From the NCBI GenBank assembly GCA_041661385.1, contig JBAZUP010000002.1, forward strand, positions 14,670 through 78,669: a stretch of 64,000 nt of DNA, written 5' to 3'. This DNA is from Patescibacteria group bacterium. GTDB taxonomy: Bacteria > Patescibacteriota > Patescibacteriia > Magasanikbacterales > GWA2-37-8. The notes below the pieces were generated by a model. It saw only the letters and a program-made list of their open reading frames with translations, was not told the DNA's origin and did not search any database. Positions 1 through 10,630 of this stretch are shown here, piece by piece (within the stretch, counting starts at the first letter, position 1; every line of letters starts with the position of its first letter). A program made the position numbers and the translations under genes.

Positions 1-506
1 TTATAGATTATTTTTGAACCATCCGGATATTCTAGGACCGCTTTGTCTGTTGCTTTGCTCCAAGTAACATTTTTAACATTATAAAAGACCTGACTTGATA
101 ATTCGCGCACGCTTCCGTCCGGGCCAATGCCGTAAAATTTTCCATCGGAGCCATTTTGGTATCGAACGCTGCCAGCGGTAGCTACGGAAGGAAACAAAGC
201 AAAATCTTTTGTTAGAACAGTTTCTTTTTCCGGGCGATAATAGTTACTTCCGGTTGGTCCTGGTATAACATTTGCGGTAGGTAGTCCGCCGGTTTCAGTT
301 TCGGTTCCTCCAGTACCCACAGTAGAAGTTCGGTTGCCGGCTGGGTTGAAACGGTTGTCTCCGGTTCGTTGTCCGCCGGTTGGGGGTTGATTATTTCCTG
401 TTCCAACTTCAGATTTTTTAAAAACAGAATATAGCGCCCAGCCAATCGCAATGGTAATAAAAATTAATCCGCCGATTAAAACCAATCTTTTGACAAGTGG
501 AGACAT
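1..506 (-). CDS. Membrane-anchored secreted protein, possible beta-propeller; partial, runs off the window edge
   Basis: Own translation from ATG at 506: MSPLVKRLVLIGGLIFITIAIGWALYSVFKK (TM helix), a G/T/P-rich linker, then ...DGKFYGIGPDG...NVTWSKATDKAVLEYPDG. Open to position 1. Not in the supplied ORF track. Confidence 0.8.
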   Translation of the reverse strand, partial: MSPLVKRLVLIGGLIFITIAIGWALYSVFKKSEVGTGNNQPPTGGQRTGDNRFNPAGNRTSTVGTGGTETETGGLPTANVIPGPTGSNYYRPEKETVLTKDFALFPSVATAGSVRYQNGSDGKFYGIGPDGSVRELSSQVFYNVKNVTWSKATDKAVLEYPDGSKIIY

Positions 507-516
507 AGTTTAAAAA

Positions 517-1332
517 TTAAGCAGCTTTTTGGCCAGCCGTTGGCTCATTCGCCGCCGGCAAATTATTAAATTGAGCTTGTTGAACTAAAGATTCTTCTTG
601 GGCCTCTTGCCGTTGTTGTTCATCCTGAGCTGCCATCAGATATTGTTTCAAAGCCTTACTAACTTGTTTTGTTGCTTTGGAGACAACTTTCGACAAACGG
701 GCTAGGGGTACTTTTTCCTGAAAAACCATGAAGATTAATAACCAAAATGGCGCAATGAGTATCATGATTAAAGGGCCCACGATAAAAATTGGTAAGGATG
801 CGGTAAAGGCTTCCACCCAGGTTATGGTTGCATCGGCAATGGCCGCGCCAGATTTGGCAATTTTTAAACGACGATCGAGTTTTTTTAAAATTTTAATTCT
901 TCCTCCCAAATCGGAAACCTTAAAGGCGGACAAACTTCCTCCGATCCCGGGAATAGTTTTTAAAATTGCTGCTGTATCACCAGAAAAAAGATCGCCTTTT
1001 ATTTTGCCGGATGAGTCGTTAAGGCCGGCATTTGCAGATTGTCTCAGCATGGCTTGGTTTTGGGCCTGCTGTCTTTGAATTTGTTGTTGATTGGCAATCT
1101 CCGCTTCTTGTCCTTCCGGCACTTTATTCGGTTCGCCGCCCGTGCCACTTGGCTTATCAACAATAATATCCGCTTTGTGGATTGCGGGGTTTTGCCAGCT
1201 CGCCATTTCGGTGGCAATATCATCCTGCTGACGCGGGTTGCCAGCAGGTGGAGGGGAACTCAGATTACTTTCGTCTTCAAAGTTATCCTTTTCTGGCCCC
1301 TCATCCAAATTGTATTCTCCATCCTCCGACAT
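517..1332 (-). CDS. Hypothetical membrane protein with acidic/Gln-rich N-terminus
   Basis: 271-aa ORF packed 1 nt after clpC and 10 nt before the next gene; hydrophobic segment LPIFIVGPLIMILIAPFWLLIFMVF. Confidence 0.75.
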   Translation of the reverse strand: MSEDGEYNLDEGPEKDNFEDESNLSSPPPAGNPRQQDDIATEMASWQNPAIHKADIIVDKPSGTGGEPNKVPEGQEAEIANQQQIQRQQAQNQAMLRQSANAGLNDSSGKIKGDLFSGDTAAILKTIPGIGGSLSAFKVSDLGGRIKILKKLDRRLKIAKSGAAIADATITWVEAFTASLPIFIVGPLIMILIAPFWLLIFMVFQEKVPLARLSKVVSKATKQVSKALKQYLMAAQDEQQRQEAQEESLVQQAQFNNLPAANEPTAGQKAA

Positions 1333-1333
1333 A

Positions 1334-3862
1334 TTACTTCACCGATAAATTATTATCAGTTACGGAAAGCGTATAACGCTTTTTTATTTTTTTACCAAGA
1401 ATAATGTCTGACATTAGATTTTCCACTCGCTCGCGCACAAAGCGTCGTACCGCTCTCGCGCCGCTGCCTGTTTCTGGCAATTGGGAGATGACCCATTCAA
1501 GGACTTTTTCATCTGAGGTAAGCGAGGTGCTGTAATTAGTGAGTTGTTCGTTGAATTTTTTTATTTCAAGATCTGCTAAACGGGTCAGGGTCTCACGTGA
1601 AAGCGGTTTGAAGAATACTATTTTATCAAGGCGGTTGATTACTTCTGGTGAAAAATATTCTTTTAATTTTTCAGTTGCTCGTTCCTGAACATCTTTACTG
1701 TCCGTTGAATCCTTGCCGAAGCCGAAGGAAGTTTTTTTGAGATCAGCGGCGCCGTAGGAGGTGGTGAGAATAATTATTGAGTGTCGCAAAGAAACGGTTT
1801 TTCCTGTTGAGTCGGTTATTTCACCGTTTTCTAACATTTGCAAAAGCAGTTTTACGATATCGCGATGCGCTTTATCAATTTCATCAAATAGTATTACGCA
1901 GTGCGGGTTCATTTTAATTTTGTCGGTAAATTGGTTGCCTTCTTTAAAACCGATATATCCTGCCGGCGAGCCGAGTAGTTTTGAAACGCCAAAGCTTTCG
2001 TTGAATTCGCTCATGTCTAGTTTGATAAATGATTCACGACTCGAATAAAGTGTTTTGGCTAAAATTTTTGCTAGTTCGGTTTTGCCGACTCCGCTTTCAC
2101 CCACGAACATAAAAGAAGCGAGCGGCCGTTCGGGGTGGGAGAGTCCAAGTTTCGCTTGTCGAACTTGCCGGCTGACATCTTTCAAAGCTTCGTCTTGTCC
2201 GACAATATGTTCGGCAAGCATTTTTTCCAGATTATCTAGTGATGATGAATCGTCGAGAAGCAGGTCGCTTGGTTTGGTGCCGATAATTTTAGCGACTTGC
2301 AGTAAAATATCTTTTTCAGTAACAACTCCGATTAACTCAATTTTTTTATTTTTGCTTTCCAAAGCAGTTTTTTTGAGTTCAGCGCGGAGTTTGTCTTCTT
2401 CTTTTTTCATTTTTACCGCTTCATCAAATTTATCTTCTCTTGCTGCCGCTTCTTTTGCCGCCACGACAATTTCTATTTTCTGTTCAAGGCGTGAAAGTTT
2501 ACTGTCGCGCGCCGAGCTTTTTACACCGAGGCGCTTTGCTGCGGCAGTTTCGTCTAATAAATCGATTGCTTTGTCTGGTAAAAATTTGTTGGTGATATAG
2601 CGTTCAGAAAGTCGCACTGCGGCCTCAACTGCTTCATCGCTAAAACCAACCTTATGATAAAGTTCGTAGTTTTGTTTTATTCCTTTTAAAATTTTTATCG
2701 CATCTTCGGTGTTTGGTTCTTTGGCATAAACCGTTTGAAATCGGCGTTCCAAGGCGGCGTCGTGCTCGATATATTTTTTAAATTCTGCCGGAGTAGTCGC
2801 GCCTATACAGCGGAGTAGTCCGCGAGATAGTGCGGGTTTCAAAATATTTGCCGCGTCCATGGTGCCTTGGTTCGATCCGGCGCCGACAATATTATGAATC
2901 TCGTCGATAAATAAAATAATATTTGGATTGCTGGTAGCTTCTTCAATAACTTGCCGAAGGCGGGCTTCAAATTCACCTCGGTAAATAGTGCCGGCGATAA
3001 GCATGCTCATGTCGAGCGTATAGATTTTTTTATTTAACAGGATATCCGGCACTTTGCCTTCGAGAATTTTTTTAGCTAAACCTTCGACGATTGCAGTTTT
3101 GCCCACACCTGGTTCGCCAAGAAGCAGGGGGTTGTTTTTTGTGCGTCGGCAAAGAATTTGAATCACGCGTTCAATTTCGTTGTCTCTGCCAATGACCGGA
3201 TCAATATTTTTTTGTACCGCCTGATTGGTGAGGTTCGTGCCAAAAAATTCTAAAACCGATTCTTTTTTCTTGTTTACTTTGGGCGGAGTCGTAGAAAGCG
3301 GAGCAATTTCTTCTTCAAGATTAATATTTTTTTCAACATTGTCTTCAATTTTTTTCGCCACTTCTGTTATTTCAGTAAGGTGAGGGAAGTGAGTCGCATT
3401 AGAAAGCACCGTATCAAGTTGTTTCAGCAATTCTTCCATGTCAACAGCGTTTACTTGCAGCACATCGACAATCAGGGGGTCTTCGGCTTCGACAAGAGCA
3501 CTAAATAAATGCTCGGTGCCGATATAATTATGATTATTGTCTTGGGCAATGGCCATGGCTTTCTCTAAAATCGTTTTAGTGATTGGAGAAAGTGGAGTCA
3601 GAGTTTGTTCTTTTACGGTGCGGGGTGGAGTATGGAGTAAATCGGTTTTGCGCACCGGCAAACTAAGCAGGGCTTGCTCAATAGTTTTAGGTGTAATTTT
3701 TAGGCGATTAATAATTTCGGCTGCGACGGAACCATGTTCGCCAGAGACAGCAAAAAAGAGGTGGATTGGTTCAACCTCTAAATTTTTTAATTCGGCCGCA
3801 AGATGAATACTGCGGGCAAGAACATCTCGCAGGTGAGAGGAAAATCGGTCAAGTAAATTCAT
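1334..3862 (-). CDS. clpC: ATP-dependent Clp protease ATP-binding subunit, ClpC type
   Basis: Clp-N repeats (YIGTEHL), Walker A GEPGVGKT and GESGVGKT, Walker B LFIDEIH and [15 protein letters not shown] pore loop, UVR-like middle coil. Confidence 0.93.
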   Translation of the reverse strand: MNLLDRFSSHLRDVLARSIHLAAELKNLEVEPIHLFFAVSGEHGSVAAEIINRLKITPKTIEQALLSLPVRKTDLLHTPPRTVKEQTLTPLSPITKTILEKAMAIAQDNNHNYIGTEHLFSALVEAEDPLIVDVLQVNAVDMEELLKQLDTVLSNATHFPHLTEITEVAKKIEDNVEKNINLEEEIAPLSTTPPKVNKKKESVLEFFGTNLTNQAVQKNIDPVIGRDNEIERVIQILCRRTKNNPLLLGEPGVGKTAIVEGLAKKILEGKVPDILLNKKIYTLDMSMLIAGTIYRGEFEARLRQVIEEATSNPNIILFIDEIHNIVGAGSNQGTMDAANILKPALSRGLLRCIGATTPAEFKKYIEHDAALERRFQTVYAKEPNTEDAIKILKGIKQNYELYHKVGFSDEAVEAAVRLSERYITNKFLPDKAIDLLDETAAAKRLGVKSSARDSKLSRLEQKIEIVVAAKEAAAREDKFDEAVKMKKEEDKLRAELKKTALESKNKKIELIGVVTEKDILLQVAKIIGTKPSDLLLDDSSSLDNLEKMLAEHIVGQDEALKDVSRQVRQAKLGLSHPERPLASFMFVGESGVGKTELAKILAKTLYSSRESFIKLDMSEFNESFGVSKLLGSPAGYIGFKEGNQFTDKIKMNPHCVILFDEIDKAHRDIVKLLLQMLENGEITDSTGKTVSLRHSIIILTTSYGAADLKKTSFGFGKDSTDSKDVQERATEKLKEYFSPEVINRLDKIVFFKPLSRETLTRLADLEIKKFNEQLTNYSTSLTSDEKVLEWVISQLPETGSGARAVRRFVRERVENLMSDIILGKKIKKRYTLSVTDNNLSVK

Positions 3863-3975
3863 ATTTTGATTTGGGATTTACCCCCTTGAAATTTTCCTTA
3901 AATATGTATAGAATATTGCTGAATTATCGTCTTTATTGTACACTAATGGAGATTCTGAGTCAAAGAGAATATATT

Positions 3976-5352
3976 ATGTTATTTAGTCCAGAAATTTTTA
4001 AAGCTTACGACATTCGCGGCCTCGTCAAAGGGCAACTTTCGGAAGAACTTGCTTACCGGGTGGGACGCGCTTTTATTACTTTTTTACGCTCCGGCGGTGA
4101 CCTTAGTGACGGGCAAGCGGTGGTAGTTGGCCGTGATATGCGTGAAAGTAGTCCGATTTTGGCCGACGCAATCATGAAAGGTATTCAGGATGAAGGAGTA
4201 GACGTGGTAAATATCGGTCTTAGTACTACGCCGCTTTTTAATTTTGCCTGCGCGAATTTTCCTGAATATGCCGGTGGAATTATGGTTACTGCAAGTCATA
4301 ACCCTTCCGAATATAATGGTTTTAAAATGACCCTCGGCAACGCTTTGCCCGTCGGAAAAAACAACGGCATGGAAGCAATTCGAGACTTGGTGGAAAAAAA
4401 TGATTTTATAGGTCAGGAAAAAAAGGGTTTGATTACCACACGTGATGTTTTTAGCGAATATTTAGAAAGAATTTTTGAGTTAGTTCGCCCCGAAGGAATT
4501 AAGCCGCTCAAAATAGTTATTGATGCCGGCAATGGCATGGCGAGTGCCACCTTTCCAAGAATGCTTAAACATTTACCGGTTGAAGTGACTTATCTTTATC
4601 TTGAGCCGGATGGAACTTTTCCAAACCATGAAGCAAATCCGCTTAAAAGTGAAACCTTAAAAGAACTTCAAAAAAGAGTTGTTTTGACGGGCGCAAATTT
4701 TGGTTTTGCGCTTGATGGCGATGCTGATCGTATTGGTCTCGTTGATGAAAAAGGTAATGTGGTTGATCCGTCAATTGTCGGCGCTATCGTCGGTCTCGAA
4801 GTTTTGCGTTCACACGAAGGTGACGCCCATATGCTGTATGATTTGCGTTCTAGCATGGTAGTAAAGGAAGTTTGGGAAAAGGCCGGCGCCACAACTGAAA
4901 TGTGTATGGTTGGACATGCTTTAATTAAAAAAATGATGTCAGTAAAGAAGGCGGATTTTGCCAGCGAACTTTCCCAGCACTTATATTATGCCGACATCTA
5001 TAATCTTGAATCCACAGATTTGTCGCTACTGTATATTTTGCAGCTGCTTTCACGCGAAGGCCGGTCACTTAGTCAATTGATTCGCCCTTATCAGAAATAT
5101 TTTCATTCCGGTGAAGTTAATTTTGTTGTGGAAGATAAAAATGATATTATATCAGCAGTGAAAAAAATGTATGAATCTGACGCGGATCAAGTTTCTCATC
5201 TCGATGGTCTGTGGCTTAAAATGCCGTGGGGGATTATTAGTCTCCGCAGTAGTAATACCGAGCCGGTGCTTCGACTTAATCTTGAAGCGACTACACGCGA
5301 AGCGCTTGACTCTGAACTTTCAAGAATTAAGAAGTTAATAAGCTCCTCGTAA
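3976..5352 (+). CDS. Phosphomannomutase/phosphoglucomutase
   Basis: IFKAYDIRG N-terminus (start reassigned to ATG 3976), TASHNP active-site serine, DGDADR metal loop, RSSNTEP. Confidence 0.93.
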   Translation: MLFSPEIFKAYDIRGLVKGQLSEELAYRVGRAFITFLRSGGDLSDGQAVVVGRDMRESSPILADAIMKGIQDEGVDVVNIGLSTTPLFNFACANFPEYAGGIMVTASHNPSEYNGFKMTLGNALPVGKNNGMEAIRDLVEKNDFIGQEKKGLITTRDVFSEYLERIFELVRPEGIKPLKIVIDAGNGMASATFPRMLKHLPVEVTYLYLEPDGTFPNHEANPLKSETLKELQKRVVLTGANFGFALDGDADRIGLVDEKGNVVDPSIVGAIVGLEVLRSHEGDAHMLYDLRSSMVVKEVWEKAGATTEMCMVGHALIKKMMSVKKADFASELSQHLYYADIYNLESTDLSLLYILQLLSREGRSLSQLIRPYQKYFHSGEVNFVVEDKNDIISAVKKMYESDADQVSHLDGLWLKMPWGIISLRSSNTEPVLRLNLEATTREALDSELSRIKKLISSS

Positions 5353-5444
5353 TGAGGAGTTTTTTATAATAATTTAAATTGCTCTTTTTAAGGGAGGAAG
5401 AAAAAAGTTTACGCGTCGTTGACAACTTAACCAGGGAGGCACCA

Positions 5445-6134
5445 ATGCTTAGCGTCGCTTCGACCAGAAGAGAAGACAAGACAATCGCCATTTACGAGCG
5501 TGCGAAAGCCGGTATGGTGGCAATTCTATCCGGTTCTCCGGGTATCGCAAATTACGCATCGATTTGCGCCACCACGCATCTCATGATCAATTGTTCCGGT
5601 GATTGGTTGAAAGTTTTGGACAACAGCATATTCAAATTGCTTGAGTATGAAGAGCGCGTGGCGGTTTTGCCGCTTGCTCTTGGTGAAGGTATTTTGCAGG
5701 GGTGCGCCGATAATCGGCGCATGAAAAAGTTGTGTGACGAACTTGATCCGGACCAATTTAATTCGCCGGCCTGCCGGGTGTTTACATATCTCTCAGCCCT
5801 GCTTGTCGGCTCCATCGTCATCCGACCCTATTACACCTCAGAACGGGGTGAAACGGATGGGTGGCTTCGTCATGCCCTCAAGGTCAACATGCCAGACTGT
5901 TCTCCGGAAATATATCGTTCCGAACTTGCCAAGTTCGAACCATTTTTCCGGAATCCGGATACTTTCCTTGTTCCTGGGGAGGATCCGGATGAAACCGTTG
6001 TCATGAATACTTTGGTTGCTGTTCAGACAGCGCGTCTGCGGCCCGAGTGGGAGCAGCAAAAGGCATTTCGCGAACGCGTTAGAACGGCCGAAATTTTTAC
6101 GGCCATTTGTCAGCGCGGAGGGCGCGCAAACTAA
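5445..6134 (+). CDS. Orphan hypothetical protein
   Basis: Long ORF; GGAGG at 5435-5439 before ATG 5445; followed by a terminator; no recognisable motif. Confidence 0.7.
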   Translation: MLSVASTRREDKTIAIYERAKAGMVAILSGSPGIANYASICATTHLMINCSGDWLKVLDNSIFKLLEYEERVAVLPLALGEGILQGCADNRRMKKLCDELDPDQFNSPACRVFTYLSALLVGSIVIRPYYTSERGETDGWLRHALKVNMPDCSPEIYRSELAKFEPFFRNPDTFLVPGEDPDETVVMNTLVAVQTARLRPEWEQQKAFRERVRTAEIFTAICQRGGRAN

Positions 6135-6167
6135 TTGTTTTTGCTCGTTTTTCCGCAAAAATGAGCC

Positions 6168-6195
6168 AAAACCCGCCAGTCCGCTGGCGGGTTTC
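6168..6195 (+). terminator. Intrinsic terminator
   Basis: aaacccgccag-tccg-ctggcgggttt hairpin after the stop at 6134. Confidence 0.75.
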
Positions 6196-6226
6196 TTATT
6201 TGGCTTGAATAAGCCAAATTATACCA

Positions 6227-6255
6227 TTGACAAAAGTGCAAAAAAGGAGTATAAT
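6227..6255 (+). promoter_or_regulatory. Consensus sigma70 promoter
   Basis: TTGACA-17 nt-TATAAT. Confidence 0.85.
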
Positions 6256-6372
6256 GTTATGTTTTGATAATTAGGGGTAGAAGTCACTTTTTCCTCTGAT
6301 TATCGAAGCAAAACGCTTTCGAGAAGTAGGCTTGTCCTACGCAGTTCTTTCCAACCCAAACCAGGAGAAACG

Positions 6373-6915
6373 ATGTCCACGTCCCATGTTTATTTGAACA
6401 TTTTTCTCGTTGTCATGTTCTTTGGTAGCCTTGCTACCGCGGTCCTCTTCCGGAGCCGTTTTACGCGCTTGCTCAGCATCGCGATCATGTTGTCGGTTAT
6501 CGTGATCGTTTTCACTGTTCGTCACGAAGACGAGCATGACCTGCTTTCCAAGTTTCAGGCTACGAGCTTCGGAACTCTAGATATTGATGAGGTCGCGAGA
6601 TCCGCGTCCGACTGCCATAGCGGCAAGCTCGCGAAGGGCACCAATCGGTGCGCTCCTGATCAATTTCGAGTTTGCCTGAGCAGTGCCGGAGTTCCGGTTA
6701 CTTTCTGGGCGGGTTCAAGATTTAGCGGAACGCGTCTAACGGGTTCCGACAAGTGCGTGCTTAGCGATCCAAGCTCAGGGGAGACGGCCGCGACCGGCGT
6801 CGGTGAAATGTTCGGCTCTTGCCGGCAGTTTACTTTTTGGGAGCTAGACGGTGTTCCCTGTTGGTGGCGTGCCCCCAATTATCTCGCGACATGGGATCGC
6901 GGCAGAATCTATTAA
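6373..6915 (+). CDS. Orphan membrane-anchored Cys-rich protein
   Basis: AGGAG site before ATG; two N-terminal TM helices; C-terminal domain with six Cys. Confidence 0.7.
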   Translation: MSTSHVYLNIFLVVMFFGSLATAVLFRSRFTRLLSIAIMLSVIVIVFTVRHEDEHDLLSKFQATSFGTLDIDEVARSASDCHSGKLAKGTNRCAPDQFRVCLSSAGVPVTFWAGSRFSGTRLTGSDKCVLSDPSSGETAATGVGEMFGSCRQFTFWELDGVPCWWRAPNYLATWDRGRIY

Positions 6916-7020
6916 GTAATAGAAAAATGGTTTGGCACGAGTTCTCCGAAGCTCGCCGCCTTACCACTTTGTTTGCAAAAAAATTGCAGATAAAGTGGTG
7001 GCGAGCTTCTAAATAATTTA

Positions 7021-7047
7021 AAAAACCACCCATTTGGGTGGTTTTTT
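7021..7047. terminator. Bidirectional intrinsic terminator
   Basis: aaaaaccaccc-attt-gggtggtttttt between convergent genes. Confidence 0.8.
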
Positions 7048-7058
7048 ATTTGTAAAAT

Positions 7059-7952
7059 TTAAACCGTCATCTCCCGGAGTTTTTTAATTCTTTCGTCAAG
7101 TGGAGGATGTGTGGAAAAAGCATTGGCCCAATTTTTTCCAGAGAACGGGCTCGCAAGAAAGAGGTGAGCGGTCGCTTGTGAGGCTTTTTGCATTGGTAAA
7201 TTATCTTGCTTGATTTTTTCAAGCGCATTTGCAAGCCCCTCGGGAAAGCGGGTGAGTAGTGAGCCGGAGGCATCGGCGAGATATTCGCGGCGCCTTGAAA
7301 TTGCGAGTTTAATCATTTCGGCAATAACCGGAGAAAGGATTGCAAGCACGATTCCAACAATCATAAAGATTGCCATAATTTGACCACCGCCTTCGCTGTC
7401 ACTGCGGCGGCGCGAACCCCAAAATCGGCTGCGTAAAAATATTTGCGCCATTATTGAAATTGCTCCAACTAGCACCGCGACCAAAGTCATAAAGCGAATG
7501 TCGTAATTTTGGATATGTGAAAGTTCGTGGGCGATTACTCCTTCTAGTTCTTCATTTTCCAGTTTTTGAATTGCGCCGGTGGTAATGGCAATAGAAGCCA
7601 ATTCCGGTTTCCGTCCGGTCGCAAAAGCATTGATGGCCGGGTCGTCGATAATATAGATTTTTGGAATTGGAGCGCCGGAGGCAATGCAAAGATTTTCTAC
7701 CAGGCGATAAACATATTTATTTTCTTCTTCAGAAATGGGCCGGGCACCGCTCGTCCAAAGAGCGATTTTATCACCTTGAAAATACGAAATGCTGGTAGAA
7801 AAAAAAGAAAAAATTATTGCAAACCAGACTCCCGCATAGGTGGTGTCGCCTTGCGCCATACTAAAGACATAGCTAAGGCCAATGATTATCACAATAAAAA
7901 TCATCATTAAAATTACGGATTTTCTTTTGTTGGCGGCGATTTCAGTATACAT
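7059..7952 (-). CDS. htpX: M48 zinc metalloprotease HtpX
   Basis: NAFATG, HELSH zinc motif, SRRREYLADA, STHPP; start reassigned to ATG 7952. Confidence 0.93.
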   Translation of the reverse strand: MYTEIAANKRKSVILMMIFIVIIIGLSYVFSMAQGDTTYAGVWFAIIFSFFSTSISYFQGDKIALWTSGARPISEEENKYVYRLVENLCIASGAPIPKIYIIDDPAINAFATGRKPELASIAITTGAIQKLENEELEGVIAHELSHIQNYDIRFMTLVAVLVGAISIMAQIFLRSRFWGSRRRSDSEGGGQIMAIFMIVGIVLAILSPVIAEMIKLAISRRREYLADASGSLLTRFPEGLANALEKIKQDNLPMQKASQATAHLFLASPFSGKNWANAFSTHPPLDERIKKLREMTV

Positions 7953-7953
7953 A

Positions 7954-8769
7954 TTATTTGGCAGCAGTGGTTGCAAAAAATTTCGGTACAAAATCTTTGG
8001 TTTGATGTGGCGGAAGTCCGCGTAAAATCGGAGTAAAGGTTACTGAACATCTTTTTTGTATCATACCCTTACTTCTTCCTTTAAAGCTACAGTTGAATAA
8101 ATAAGTGGTAATTATTTCACCCCGGGAATTTTCTATTTCAACTTTTTCAAAATTAGTATAGCGCAAGCTGGCTGCTACAGGCATTTGGCGGGAATTAATT
8201 TTGAGATAATCGGTAAAAACCTTAACAATTTCTTCTACTGACATTTTACAGCCGCTTTGTTCTTTTAACTCTTCAAATATTTGTTCGGCGGTTAAAGAAT
8301 AATCCAATTCTTTTTTTTCAGGCTCAGCACTTTCAGGATTTTTTGGTATCCGGTATTCATCAGAAAAAAGCGGATGTGGTTCATCATTTTCCATCATCGT
8401 TCTTACTTCTTCAACAAACTTGCTGTGTTTTTTTGCCTGTTTAGGATTTTCTTTTTTTTCCGCAACATCCGGGTCAGCTGATTCGGAATTAAGATTAACT
8501 TTTTCTGCTATCTGGTTGTGAATATAGTCCCGCTCCTTTTTGGTAAGCAGATGATCGTGTTTGATCAACTCCATGATTTGATTAAAACGATCCATTTTGA
8601 CTTGGCGATTAATTTTTGAAGTATTTTCTAAATCAACTTTGAAAAAATAGGTTTCAATAAACCGGTCAATGCGTTTATCAAATTTATCGGCAAGTTCATC
8701 TGATTCTATTGCCGCTTTGCCGATTTCTTTTGATTTTTCAGGGTTATATCCCGAATTATTCTCAGGCAT
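7954..8769 (-). CDS. Hypothetical charged protein between lemA and htpX
   Basis: 271-aa ORF packed 3 nt after lemA and 1 nt before htpX. Confidence 0.75.
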   Translation of the reverse strand: MPENNSGYNPEKSKEIGKAAIESDELADKFDKRIDRFIETYFFKVDLENTSKINRQVKMDRFNQIMELIKHDHLLTKKERDYIHNQIAEKVNLNSESADPDVAEKKENPKQAKKHSKFVEEVRTMMENDEPHPLFSDEYRIPKNPESAEPEKKELDYSLTAEQIFEELKEQSGCKMSVEEIVKVFTDYLKINSRQMPVAASLRYTNFEKVEIENSRGEIITTYLFNCSFKGRSKGMIQKRCSVTFTPILRGLPPHQTKDFVPKFFATTAAK

Positions 8770-8772
8770 AAT

Positions 8773-9339
8773 TTAGAACTTGACTTGGACGTTTTGTTTT
8801 TCTTCTGCTACCGCGGTGAAGAAATCAAAGGCGGTAAAATGAAGAACGTTTGCAAAAATATTGGTTGGAAAAACCTGAATCTTGGTGTTGAAGTCGCGGA
8901 CATTGCCGTTGTAAAAGCGGCGAGCAGCTTGAATTTTATTTTCCGTGTCGGAAATTTCATCTTGAAGCTGAAGAAAGTTATTGCTAGCTTTGAGTTCCGG
9001 GTAGTTTTCACTGACTGCAAAAATGGTTTTAAGAGTGGAAGAAAGCTGGTTTTCGGCCTGTTCTTTTTCGGCGACAGTTGCCTTGGGGTTATTGCTCGCG
9101 GTCATGGCAGCGGTACGGGCTTCGGCGAGCTTTACCAGGGTTTCCCGTTCATGAGTCATGTAGCCTTTTACAGTTTCGACCAGATTTGGAATCAGGTCGT
9201 AGCGTCTTTTGAGCTGAACATCAATATCACTGCTTGCTTCGCTGACTCGATTTTTACTTTGGATTAGATCATTATATACGTAAATTACGTAGATAACGAT
9301 TGCCGCTAAAATTGCGACAATTACCGTAGTTGGAGTCAT
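8773..9339 (-). CDS. lemA: LemA family protein
   Basis: N-terminal TM helix, QLKRRYDLIPNLV, ENYPELKA, ARRFYN. Confidence 0.95.
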   Translation of the reverse strand: MTPTTVIVAILAAIVIYVIYVYNDLIQSKNRVSEASSDIDVQLKRRYDLIPNLVETVKGYMTHERETLVKLAEARTAAMTASNNPKATVAEKEQAENQLSSTLKTIFAVSENYPELKASNNFLQLQDEISDTENKIQAARRFYNGNVRDFNTKIQVFPTNIFANVLHFTAFDFFTAVAEEKQNVQVKF

Positions 9340-9423
9340 ATTTTATTGCTTATTTGATTTAAGTGCCAGACTTCACATCCGGCGAAAGGTAGTATATAAT
9401 GGGATAAGTTATTTTTCAAGATT

Positions 9424-10623
9424 TTGGCTGTGTTTACTCTTCTTACTTTTATAGCGGTTTTAGCGGTTCTAGTCATCTCCCATGAATTTGGGCATTTTAT
9501 TGTTGCCCGCAAAAACGGTATTCAGGTGGATGAATTTGGTTTTGGTTTTCCCCCTCGTTTGATTGGTATCCGCCGGGTATCGTTTGGCGGTAAAAAGAAG
9601 TGGCAAATAATTTGGCACAAGCGCCAACTGGAAGAAGTGCTCGAACACGACCATCTTGGAACGATTTATTCCATCAATCTTATTCCGCTTGGCGGATTTG
9701 TAAAAATAAAAGGTGAAAGCGGTTTTGAAGAAGGCGCAAACGACCCGGATAGTTTTTTTGTAAAAAAGACCTGGCAGAAAGCAATTGTGATTGCGGCCGG
9801 TGTTATCATGAACTTTTTCTTGGCAGGCGTATTGCTTTCAGTGGGTTATATGATAGGGATGCCCCAGGTTGGAGATGGCGATGCTGGACCAAATAGTAAA
9901 TTACAAGTGGTGCAGGTGATGCCAGAAATGCCGGCTGATAAAGTTGGTATTAAGTCAGGAGCGGAAATTTATGAAATGTCAGCTGGCGGACAAATTTTAA
10001 ACGCGCCGAACGTAAACAATTTTCGTGAGTTTGTAAATAGTCACCGCAATGAAGATATTTTGGTTAAGTATAAATTTGAAGGAAAAAATTTGGAAAAAAC
10101 TATAAAACCGGAAATACTTGAAGGTACGGATCGGGCCGGTTTCGGAGTGGTAATTGTAAATGTTGGTACCGTTCGTTATCCATGGTATCGCGCTATCGTT
10201 GAAGGTTTTAAAAGTGCCGGGCAATATTTATTCATGATTTTTGCCGGTCTCTGGTCGTTGCTTAAGCAGTTGTTTGCCGGGCAATCGCTTGATGGCCAAG
10301 TGGCTGGGCCGGTTGGTGTCGCGGTTATTACTGGCGAAGCCGCACGCATGGGATTTGTCTATTTACTACAGTTGACCGCTCTATTATCATTGAATTTGGC
10401 AGCCATAAATATTTTGCCGATACCGGCGTTAGACGGCGGCCGGCTCATGTTTATTCTGATCGGTAGAATTTTACGTCGAGAAATCAAACCGCGGATTGAA
10501 AACTTTATTCATACTGTAGGGTTCGTTTTGCTTATGGCCCTAGTGGTTACTGTGACGGTAAAAGATCTTGGAACTTTTGGCGGAGGTTTTATCGAATGGT
10601 GGAAAAATTTAATCCGTTTTTAA
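9424..10623 (+). CDS. rseP: Site-2 intramembrane metalloprotease RseP
   Basis: HEFGH, PLGGFVK, PDZ-like region, NILPIPALDGG. Confidence 0.93.
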   Translation: MAVFTLLTFIAVLAVLVISHEFGHFIVARKNGIQVDEFGFGFPPRLIGIRRVSFGGKKKWQIIWHKRQLEEVLEHDHLGTIYSINLIPLGGFVKIKGESGFEEGANDPDSFFVKKTWQKAIVIAAGVIMNFFLAGVLLSVGYMIGMPQVGDGDAGPNSKLQVVQVMPEMPADKVGIKSGAEIYEMSAGGQILNAPNVNNFREFVNSHRNEDILVKYKFEGKNLEKTIKPEILEGTDRAGFGVVIVNVGTVRYPWYRAIVEGFKSAGQYLFMIFAGLWSLLKQLFAGQSLDGQVAGPVGVAVITGEAARMGFVYLLQLTALLSLNLAAINILPIPALDGGRLMFILIGRILRREIKPRIENFIHTVGFVLLMALVVTVTVKDLGTFGGGFIEWWKNLIRF

Positions 10624-10630
10624 TTTTGAT

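Noticed and set aside
212-451. 79-aa minus-strand ORF from the track
   Set aside because: It is an alternative frame of the longer gene that starts at ATG 506 and runs off the window.
3766-3975. N-terminal extension of the phosphomannomutase ORF
   Set aside because: It overlaps divergent clpC; the family N-terminus begins at ATG 3976.
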